Assembly: GCA_023428375.1 (NCBI GenBank)
Contig: JAEYYR010000002.1
Span: 302,077 to 366,076 of the forward strand
Origin: a bacterium
GTDB lineage: Bacteria; Babelota; Babeliae; Babelales; Babelaceae
Direction: 5' to 3'
DNA: 64,000 bases
Shown: one piece after another, positions 8,355 through 16,442 of the stretch
How positions within the stretch are numbered: position 1 is the first letter of the stretch
How the letters are laid out: each line of letters opens with the position of its first letter
Notes under the pieces: generated by a model
Databases searched by the model: none
Seen by the model: the letters and a program-made list of their open reading frames with translations, nothing else
What the model was told of the DNA's origin: nothing
Program-made: the position numbers and the translations under genes

Positions 8355-9658
8355 AATATACCTTTATTTTTTATATTAATTTTTTCTATAGTAGGGCGTA
8401 TTTGATTGGTAGCGGAATTTTCATAAAATCCATGAATTTCTACATCACCATTGGTTTTTAAAAATGCGTATGAAAAATAATCTATATTCACGTTTGGGAT
8501 ATGGGATATTTTATGTGTTTTTATGTTATAAGCGTAGGTATTACCATGTAAGGTTCTTATTAATAAAGTGTCATCGATGAGTACGCTACTAAATATTTTT
8601 GCTGGTAAATCTATTGGTTTGATTTCTCCATCTTCAATCGAGACTATAAAGCACTTACCGTTTTTAATGTAGGTGAGATAATTGTTGTCGGTTGAAAATG
8701 CTACATGCGTGCATGGATAATCTGAATTATCAAGGGACAATAATTTTCCTGTCGGCATACTAGACCCCGAATATGAAGACATTATCGCTTGCCTCATTCT
8801 CGCCAATAAATTGTTGGTAACGTTTGAAGGAATGGGACAAATAATAATAAATGATGCATTAGCAAATGCGGCTATTTTGCCATAATTATTGAATGCGATG
8901 GTATTTATTGTTTTCCAGTTAAATTTTTTAAGGGGAATTTTAAAATACGTAACAAATTGTTGAGTATTTAATTGCAAGAGATTCTCGGGATCATCAATAT
9001 TCCAAAATGAAATACGCAACATATTTCGTATAGTATCACTGAAGACCGCAATATATTGAGTAGTTTCAAAACTCTCGTTGTGATTTTTATTATAAATCAT
9101 AGCTGCAATATATGAGATATTAGAAGGCACCAGATCATCTTGGATTGATTCTGATTTAAAGTATTCATTAAACGTTGTTATATTCAATGTTTTATTTTTT
9201 TTGTCGGTCGCAAGAAGAGTAACTTTTGTATCAACATCATTTTTCTGTATGCCAAAGAGGTGAGACAACACCGCATATGCTTCTTGCTTGTCAGATGGAC
9301 TCGGGTTATTACTTGCTAATCGTTTAAATAGTAATTTAATCAATTGTTCTTGTAATGAATGATTCAGTATTTTATTTGCATTCGTTACATACTCAAATAA
9401 TTGTTTTAAAGAGCTTGTAGAAAAATCCGTTAATGAATCCATATACAAATTATGCATTTCGCTTAACGAAATATTAGTAGGTATTAATAGGGGTGGTTGA
9501 AAATTAGTTTCGATCACCCCTTTAAAATATTCACTCTTTTCTAAAAATTCTTGAGGATAAAAGTCTTTATTTCCTTTTTCATCCATTATTTCAATATCAT
9601 TGGTATTTCCCCAAAAGCACTGCATTGCAAGATATATCAAAGCCAATCTTTTTTTCAT
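8351..9658 (-). CDS. Secreted paralog (family member 2)
   Basis: Signal-like N-terminus. FYPQEFLEKSEYFKGVIE..PLLIPTNISLSEM...LKQLFEYV (BTB-like pattern) and C-terminal THVAFS..CFIVSIEDGEIKPIDLP..LLIRTLHGNTYAYNIKT. Confidence 0.7.
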   Translation of the reverse strand: MKKRLALIYLAMQCFWGNTNDIEIMDEKGNKDFYPQEFLEKSEYFKGVIETNFQPPLLIPTNISLSEMHNLYMDSLTDFSTSSLKQLFEYVTNANKILNHSLQEQLIKLLFKRLASNNPSPSDKQEAYAVLSHLFGIQKNDVDTKVTLLATDKKNKTLNITTFNEYFKSESIQDDLVPSNISYIAAMIYNKNHNESFETTQYIAVFSDTIRNMLRISFWNIDDPENLLQLNTQQFVTYFKIPLKKFNWKTINTIAFNNYGKIAAFANASFIIICPIPSNVTNNLLARMRQAIMSSYSGSSMPTGKLLSLDNSDYPCTHVAFSTDNNYLTYIKNGKCFIVSIEDGEIKPIDLPAKIFSSVLIDDTLLIRTLHGNTYAYNIKTHKISHIPNVNIDYFSYAFLKTNGDVEIHGFYENSATNQIRPTIEKINIKNKGIL

Positions 9659-9663
9659 GGATG

Positions 9664-11043
9664 TTAATCCTGATTAATCGTAGTTAAATCGATAGATTGT
9701 GAAACGACTTCAAATTGTGACTGGTTTTTATCATCCGTACTTTGTTGAATACCGACCACAAGAACTGTATCATCTTTAGCGTAACAATTCAGGTACCAAT
9801 CAATTGTGCTATCAGTGAGTGGATTTAATTGTTTTGTAGCAAGATCATAGGTGAATGTATTGCCATTCAATGTTCTAATAAGCAAGATTCTATTTGACAC
9901 GAGTATGCTACTGAATGCATGAGGAATATGTGTTGGAGTGATCGTTTTAGTTGCTAGGTCAATTATATATGGTTCATTATTAACGATGCAGCTCACTTTA
10001 GTTCGATCACACGAGAACGCTATATGTGAACACAATGCATTTGATTGTATTGATTTTAGATTTATCACATACGATTGTGGTTCAGCATGTACAGGACGTG
10101 CTGTTATTGCTAGGGAGCCTGGTGCTGCAAAGGCAAGAATTGAGTTGTTATTTGAAGCAGCAAGCATATAAACTTTATCCCAATCAAAGGATTTAGATTT
10201 GAATAAGCCTTTTTTATTAACCTTCCAATAATTTTCATCAAGATAGGTAAAATTTTTGCTACGTTGACGTTGGGTTAGCTTGTTTGACCATACCAATCGA
10301 ATATCGGGATCTCTAATAAGAGTATACTCAACTAATGGAGTATTTTCAGGTAAATCAACTGTTGATGCATCAGGCAATGAATAAATAATTTCGGTTGAAG
10401 GGTCCTGGCGCATTAAATGCTGAATCCAATTATTTTTTCTTTTAACTTGATCGATAAATTGTTGTTGGAATGAAACAGGATTTAATTGTTTTTTTGGTTG
10501 ATTGGATTGAAGCATTTTTTCTTGAGCTCGCTGAATTGCTAAATTAAGAGAAAAATTTTTCTTAGATAATCCAAGATAATGCGATAAATGTTTTTCAGCA
10601 TACTCAATATCGTTTTTCCACTCTTTAGTAATTTTAGATGGTGGGTTGTTTAGTTTTTTTTGTATCAAACTTTCTAATGTTTGCTGTGCTTCTGCGTTTC
10701 CAAGCTTATCAGCATAAATGATATAATCGGTTAATGCGTGTAATGAATCAGTATTTTGAAAGCCATCGAGTGCATTTGTATAAAACTGTGTAAATTGTTG
10801 CATAGAAATACGTTCAGGAAGCTGATAGATGTTTTGGCCAGGAAAGTCTTCGATCAAATCATGCAATACGCTGTTTTGATGAATGAATTTTGCGTTAAAA
10901 TCAGCTTGATTGTCTTTTTCGTCTTTAAATGTGATTGAAGGTGGTGTCCCAGCGTTTGAGGTATTATTATTCAAATCACTGGATGAAATAAACCAGTTTG
11001 TAAACAATAGTAAAGCAATTAACGTTTTTTGAATGGCTTTCAT
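9664..11043 (-). CDS. Secreted paralog (family member 1)
   Basis: Signal peptide MKAIQKTLIALLLFTNWFISS. FIHQNSVLHDLIEDF...LPERISMQQFTQFY and SHIAFSCD..YIIDLATKTITPTHIP..LLIRTLNGNTFTYDLATK. Confidence 0.7.
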   Translation of the reverse strand: MKAIQKTLIALLLFTNWFISSSDLNNNTSNAGTPPSITFKDEKDNQADFNAKFIHQNSVLHDLIEDFPGQNIYQLPERISMQQFTQFYTNALDGFQNTDSLHALTDYIIYADKLGNAEAQQTLESLIQKKLNNPPSKITKEWKNDIEYAEKHLSHYLGLSKKNFSLNLAIQRAQEKMLQSNQPKKQLNPVSFQQQFIDQVKRKNNWIQHLMRQDPSTEIIYSLPDASTVDLPENTPLVEYTLIRDPDIRLVWSNKLTQRQRSKNFTYLDENYWKVNKKGLFKSKSFDWDKVYMLAASNNNSILAFAAPGSLAITARPVHAEPQSYVINLKSIQSNALCSHIAFSCDRTKVSCIVNNEPYIIDLATKTITPTHIPHAFSSILVSNRILLIRTLNGNTFTYDLATKQLNPLTDSTIDWYLNCYAKDDTVLVVGIQQSTDDKNQSQFEVVSQSIDLTTINQD

Positions 11044-11210
11044 TACTACACCTATAATTCTTATTTTTCCTATTAATATTATAGGTAATCAATTATCCAT
11101 TATTCAATGAATTAAAAATGGTTTATTTATAAATCGAATGTTTACAAATAATTCATTTTTTCATAATTATTTGCTCAATGGTAGAGATCTCTTTATAATG
11201 AAGCAATATT

Positions 11211-12476
11211 TTGAAAGATATTATGCTAGATATATTATTACTTTTGCTTGCTTTGTGTGTAACTGCTGAAAATTCTGCACTTGATTTTAAGTTGAATGAT
11301 CAAGATGTTTATGAGTGTTTTTTTATAGATGAAATCGAGCCACAAAAATTACTTACCTATGAACCACTGAAACCATGTTACAGTCAAATCTACAAAGCCA
11401 CTGATTGTACGGGTGAAGTTCTAAATCGTTTAAATTTACCATTAAAGCAGTACCATTATGATCCATCTATTGAGCGAATTGATGGTTTTATCTTTGATTA
11501 TGTAACAAGCTTTAGATCTAGTGGTAGCAGAACTCCCGATGTAATATATCTTGATTACATAGATACCGCCCATTCACGCTTAACCCGTTTCTATAGTCTT
11601 CTTGGACATGAAATACACGAGCACTGTAAGACGGTTGGGTTCTATACATATAATTTAGCTCCCTTTAATAGTAAATTAGAATCAATGATTGATGCTGCAA
11701 AATGGGAATGTGGATCATACTCATGCTTAAAGATAATGATGGATGCATTTCTCGATGATCCAAAAAATATTATTTTTGCTGGAATGTTAAAAAATGCGTC
11801 GTTATATGCACAAATCCCATTTATTGAGGGTGCGCATATTCCACAAAAGCCCAAAAAAGATCAAAAACACGATATTGAATCTAATGTATATGCTAAGATT
11901 GCGCTCGTTCAACTAGGCAAAGCTTTCTATACTCTAGATCTTGTGAAAGTTCATCAGAAACTTACCTTTGCAAAGAAAACGCAGCGAATGCTTTTACCAA
12001 GGGATGATAGTTGGTTAGCTTTATCTCCCGATGCGTCTGAATTAATTACGTATGATCGTCAGAATTGCTCGTTAATTAGAATGAAGCAGTGGCGCGATAA
12101 TAAGAATAAAACCGATGAAGTTTTGTTTGTTGTTCCTATCGAAGCACACATACAACATGGTATATATATTAATAACGAGTTATTGTTGCTGGCTTTTTTA
12201 ACAAAAAATAGTATATGCAATATTGTTTATGATATTAATCAAAATAAGTTTTATTTACTTCCTGATACAATCCGCTTTCAACGTTTTCTTATAGCAGGTG
12301 AAGCAAAATTCAACGATCGCTATGTTGTTGGCGGCTTTACGTCAGAAGATGTGCGTTATTCGCGATGGCTTTCTCACAAAAAACTTAGTATAAACGATTC
12401 TTTTTCATGCGCTGCAGATGCATTCAGTTTGCGTCATTTTTCAATGAATGATGCCGTTTCAATAGATTTTAAATAG
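11211..12476 (+). CDS. Hypothetical secreted protein, possibly a divergent relative of the 7191-11043 family
   Basis: Hydrophobic N-terminus LDILLLLLALCVTA. The C-terminal third (LALSPDASELITYDRQN..VLFVVPIEA..LLLLAFLTKNSICNIVYDINQNK) has the same pattern of alternating hydrophobic strands as the propeller-like regions. Confidence 0.45.
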   Translation: MKDIMLDILLLLLALCVTAENSALDFKLNDQDVYECFFIDEIEPQKLLTYEPLKPCYSQIYKATDCTGEVLNRLNLPLKQYHYDPSIERIDGFIFDYVTSFRSSGSRTPDVIYLDYIDTAHSRLTRFYSLLGHEIHEHCKTVGFYTYNLAPFNSKLESMIDAAKWECGSYSCLKIMMDAFLDDPKNIIFAGMLKNASLYAQIPFIEGAHIPQKPKKDQKHDIESNVYAKIALVQLGKAFYTLDLVKVHQKLTFAKKTQRMLLPRDDSWLALSPDASELITYDRQNCSLIRMKQWRDNKNKTDEVLFVVPIEAHIQHGIYINNELLLLAFLTKNSICNIVYDINQNKFYLLPDTIRFQRFLIAGEAKFNDRYVVGGFTSEDVRYSRWLSHKKLSINDSFSCAADAFSLRHFSMNDAVSIDFK

Positions 12477-12518
12477 CACATATCATTATAATGAAGAATA
12501 AGTTGTAAATTTAAAAAT

Positions 12519-13160
12519 TTACAACTTAGCTATTTTTTCTAAATCTTTATTACCACCAGCAAAGAGCATGCTATCATTTGCTTGAACGACATAATCAGCT
12601 TCAAGATGTTCGATTTCTTCGCCAACTTTGCGGCCAATGCATGTTACATGATATATATCGCGTAATTTTAAATCATGTAATGATTTGCCAACGAATTTGC
12701 GAGGTGCCTTAAACTGGCTAATAGAAAATTGTCCAGTAATACGGAACAATGTGCGGAACGGAAGACTTAAATTGTCAGCTAAGCGTATACCCATTTCACG
12801 TTCGGGTAAGATAATTTGATCAGCACCAATCAAAGTTAATATATCTTTGTGGATATCACTGATTGCACGTGCAATAACATTAGGAATTTTTAATTTTTGT
12901 TTTAAAAGAGCGGTAACTAAAATCGATTGAGCAAAGTTTTCACCCATGGCGACAATAACGGTATCCATATCCTCAACACCAATCATACGCAATGATTCTT
13001 CGTCTGTGACACGCAACGTAATTGCTTGAGTAACTTTATCACGTATTGAAGCAATAATAGTTTCGTTACTATCAACGGCTAATACATCCATACCATGATC
13101 TGCAAGCGTCGTTGCAACATGATAGCCAAATCGTCCAACACCAATAACACAAAATTTCAT
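12519..13160 (-). CDS. trkA: K+ uptake regulatory protein TrkA/KtrA (RCK domain)
   Basis: MKFCVIGVGRFGYHVATTLADHGMDVLAVD is a Rossmann RCK_N signature. C-terminal RCK_C. Confidence 0.8.
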   Translation of the reverse strand: MKFCVIGVGRFGYHVATTLADHGMDVLAVDSNETIIASIRDKVTQAITLRVTDEESLRMIGVEDMDTVIVAMGENFAQSILVTALLKQKLKIPNVIARAISDIHKDILTLIGADQIILPEREMGIRLADNLSLPFRTLFRITGQFSISQFKAPRKFVGKSLHDLKLRDIYHVTCIGRKVGEEIEHLEADYVVQANDSMLFAGGNKDLEKIAKL

Positions 13161-13168
13161 ATCTTCCT

Positions 13169-14497
13169 TTAACTGAGCATCACGCGTTCTTCTGGATAGT
13201 GGAATTCAGTTTTTTCTTGTCTCTTTTTCAATGCTAATAAAATAGTCAATAATCCTACTCGACCAAAAATCATACTTATCATGATTATCCATTTGCCAAG
13301 CGGTGTTAGATAAGGAGTAACACCCGATGATAAACCAAGATTTGCAAACGCCGAAAACGCTTCAAGCATAATATCAACGAATCGCCATGATTCTTGGGTC
13401 ACCAATAATAAGAATGTCGTTAATGCAACCCATCCTAAACTCAATGATAGAATTGCCAATGCTTTAAATACTTGATCATTAGGAATGCGTCGTTTCTTTA
13501 TATCTACCTCAGTGCGACCACTTAAAACAGAACGAATAGCTGCTAATGATAAACTAAATGTAGTTGTACGAATACCACTGCCCGTTGATCCTGGTGCAGA
13601 ACCAATGAATGAAATAATCATAATGATAAGAAATGTTGCAAGATGAAGCGACGTTATATCGAGGGTGGCAAATCCTGCGCTACGCCAAGAAATCGCAGAA
13701 AACAAACTATTTATAATGGTATCTTTCCACGATAAATTTGCAAAACCTTGATTGAATTCTAATAGAAATACGGTAGCTGCCGTAAGCATAATAAGTGCAA
13801 AGCTCATCGAAAGAACAATTTTTGTATGCAAGCTAATGTGTGGATGTTTTCCAAGCCACCATGCTTTAGCAGCAGCAAATAGATCAAATAACGTGAAGAA
13901 TCCGATGCCGCCCATAAACATGAGCACCATAAATAATACTAAAATCGAACTATACTCGTTTAAATACAATAAACTTTCTGGTAATAAAGAAATTCCAGCA
14001 CTACAAAATGCAGATACTGAATGAAATAAAGCAAAAAAGAATCTATGGGGAAGTTGATGTGGTAAAAGAAAGTAAAGAATTCCTGTACCGATTGCTTCAC
14101 ATCCAAATGTTAAGAGCATAATAAATGCGATAATGCGTCTACTATTACTCCAACTTTCAATTTCTAACAAACGACCAGCTATAATTTGAGTTCCTAATCC
14201 CATTTCAACAAAGAATGACATAAAGAATATAGTTAACGTCACTAATCCCAATCCACCGATTTGAATCAAGCATAAAATTATTGCATGACCATACCAATTA
14301 AAGGCATCAATAGGAACTGTTAATAAGCCAGTAACACATGTTGCAGAAGTAGCAGTAAATAGTGCATCTAAAAATGAAATTGGATAACGTTGACAGATTG
14401 GCAGACTCAATAATACGGCTCCCACCGCAATTAAAATCAAAAGCGAGCCGATCAATAATCTTCCAGGAGATTTGAGTAATGCATTATTTGGAGACAT
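13169..14497 (-). CDS. trkH: K+ transporter TrkH/KtrB
   Basis: Polytopic membrane protein with repeated selectivity-filter-like segments (GFATLDIT, GSGIRTTTF) typical of the TrkH/KtrB family. Adjacent to trkA. Confidence 0.85.
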   Translation of the reverse strand: MSPNNALLKSPGRLLIGSLLILIAVGAVLLSLPICQRYPISFLDALFTATSATCVTGLLTVPIDAFNWYGHAIILCLIQIGGLGLVTLTIFFMSFFVEMGLGTQIIAGRLLEIESWSNSRRIIAFIMLLTFGCEAIGTGILYFLLPHQLPHRFFFALFHSVSAFCSAGISLLPESLLYLNEYSSILVLFMVLMFMGGIGFFTLFDLFAAAKAWWLGKHPHISLHTKIVLSMSFALIMLTAATVFLLEFNQGFANLSWKDTIINSLFSAISWRSAGFATLDITSLHLATFLIIMIISFIGSAPGSTGSGIRTTTFSLSLAAIRSVLSGRTEVDIKKRRIPNDQVFKALAILSLSLGWVALTTFLLLVTQESWRFVDIMLEAFSAFANLGLSSGVTPYLTPLGKWIIMISMIFGRVGLLTILLALKKRQEKTEFHYPEERVMLS

Positions 14498-14510
14498 AGA
14501 ATTCCTGTTG

Positions 14511-15077
14511 TTATTGAATTATCCACCAACTACCAAAAAGCAAAAGTATACCTAAGACTACAAAGTAATAAAAATAGCGGTCAATAATTTGCTGTAATGA
14601 ATCACCATAGAGCCATGTAATAGTGGCAACTGTATAAAATCTTACAGCGCGCCCAGCTATAGTGGCTAAGACGAATGGAATTAATGAAACGGAGCAAAAA
14701 CCAGCACTCATAGTAAGCGCTTGGAATGGTAACGGTATTAAGCTATATAAAAATGCGATACTCGAGTGGTGTTGCTTATATACTTGCACACAACGATAAA
14801 AACTTTCTGGTGCAATTACATAACTAAATATAAAACCATTGAGTAATTCCCACATGCATGCACCAACATAATAACCTAGTAAAGCGGCAAAGCCTGTTGC
14901 AATAGTTGCTACGGTTGCATACCACCAACTATTTTTTTGTCGTTCAAGACAAAAAATAGTAAGCATAGTGGTCGTCGGCACAATAATAATACCCTCGATA
15001 GTAACCAACCCTGCAAACAACCACGTTGCTGCAGGGTAATGGACTAATTTACATGCAAATTTATATAAAAATTTCAT
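14511..15077 (-). CDS. YqaA/DedA-superfamily membrane protein
   Basis: Four to five TM segments. The IPLPFQALTMSAGFCSVSLIPFVLATIAGRAVRFY block resembles the YqaA signature (P..G...AG......G..RY). Confidence 0.55.
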   Translation of the reverse strand: MKFLYKFACKLVHYPAATWLFAGLVTIEGIIIVPTTTMLTIFCLERQKNSWWYATVATIATGFAALLGYYVGACMWELLNGFIFSYVIAPESFYRCVQVYKQHHSSIAFLYSLIPLPFQALTMSAGFCSVSLIPFVLATIAGRAVRFYTVATITWLYGDSLQQIIDRYFYYFVVLGILLLFGSWWIIQ

Positions 15078-16399
15078 GATTTATGATTCAAAAGATTTTG
15101 TAAATACGTGCTTACTGAATCCAATGGAATACGTTCTTGTTTCATCGTATCTCTATCACGAACCGTTACACAATTATCTGTTGCCGTATCAAAATCAACG
15201 GTAAAACATACGGGGGTACCGATCTCATCTTGACGACGATAACGTTTACCAATAGAACCAGAAACATCAAAATCAATATGTAAGCCTTGCTTTTTGAGCG
15301 ACTTGTATAATGCTTCAGCAGGTTCAATTTGTTGTTTAGTGAGTGGAAATATTGCGGCGGTAATTGGTGCAATATGAGGCGCAAAACGTAATACTACGCG
15401 TTGTTCACCATCAGCGGTATCTTCGTCATACGCTTCGCATAACAGTGCCAAGAATAAACGATCAACGCCAACGGAACATTCCACAACATGAGGAACGTAT
15501 GATGATTTGGTAGCCTCATCAAAAACACTAAGATCTTTACCTGAGAATTTCATATGCTGGCTCAAATCAAAGTCACCACGATATGCAATACCTTCAAGTT
15601 CTTTGCGACCAAATGGGAAATCAAATTCAACGTCCGAGGTACCTTTTGAATAGTGGGACAATTCAGTGCCTTCATGATCACGCATATGAACATGTGCAGG
15701 ATTTACGCCAATGCTTTCATAAAAAGCAAAGCGATGTTTGCGCCATTCATCAAAAAATTTCATAGCAGAATCAGGGGTGCAGAACCACTCAATTTCCATT
15801 TGCTCAAATTCACGCATACGGAACAAGAACTGTTTTGGTGTGATCTCATTACGGAATGCTTTACCAATTTGCGCAACACCAAATGGTATTTTCACACGGC
15901 TACTGGTATAAATATTTTTAAAATTAATAAAGATAGATTGCGCAGTTTCTGGACGCAAATAAGCGATTGATGAACCGTCGGCTGCAGCACCAACTTGTGT
16001 GCTAAACATCATGTTAAATTCACGTACATCGGTCCAGGAGGTATTGCCACAATGTGGGCAAGGACGGTTCAAATCAATATCATCAGCGCGATAACGATGT
16101 TTGCAAACTTTACAATCAACCATTGGATCATGAAAGTTTGAAATATGTCCAGAAGCTTCCCACATAGCTTTTGTACCAAGCAATGCACCTTCAAGATACA
16201 CAATTTCATCGCTAAATTGTTCGATATTTTTTTTCCAAGCGTTACGAATATTATTTTTCAATAAAGAGCCGAGTGGGCCGGTATCGTAAATACCATTGAG
16301 CCCACCATAAATTTCATTTGATTGATATACAAATCCACGACGTTTACAAAGTGATACTAAAGTATCGAGAGAAAACGTTTTTTTTGCATTGGTTGTCAT
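15074..16399 (-). CDS. glyQS: Glycyl-tRNA synthetase, single-chain alpha2 type
   Basis: The N-terminus LCKRRGFVYQSNEIYGGLNGIYDTGPLG is diagnostic of class II dimeric GlyRS. 441 aa. 4-nt overlap with the downstream gene. Confidence 0.9.
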   Translation of the reverse strand: MTTNAKKTFSLDTLVSLCKRRGFVYQSNEIYGGLNGIYDTGPLGSLLKNNIRNAWKKNIEQFSDEIVYLEGALLGTKAMWEASGHISNFHDPMVDCKVCKHRYRADDIDLNRPCPHCGNTSWTDVREFNMMFSTQVGAAADGSSIAYLRPETAQSIFINFKNIYTSSRVKIPFGVAQIGKAFRNEITPKQFLFRMREFEQMEIEWFCTPDSAMKFFDEWRKHRFAFYESIGVNPAHVHMRDHEGTELSHYSKGTSDVEFDFPFGRKELEGIAYRGDFDLSQHMKFSGKDLSVFDEATKSSYVPHVVECSVGVDRLFLALLCEAYDEDTADGEQRVVLRFAPHIAPITAAIFPLTKQQIEPAEALYKSLKKQGLHIDFDVSGSIGKRYRRQDEIGTPVCFTVDFDTATDNCVTVRDRDTMKQERIPLDSVSTYLQNLLNHKS

Positions 16400-16442
16400 A
16401 TAAATGCCTTAGTTTCTAACATTCTTGTAGTATATCTCGGCC

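Noticed and set aside
9938-10938. Plus-strand ORFs 9938-10171 and 10756-10938 inside the 9664-11043 gene
   Set aside because: Antisense to a conserved paralog-family CDS. Short, with no features.
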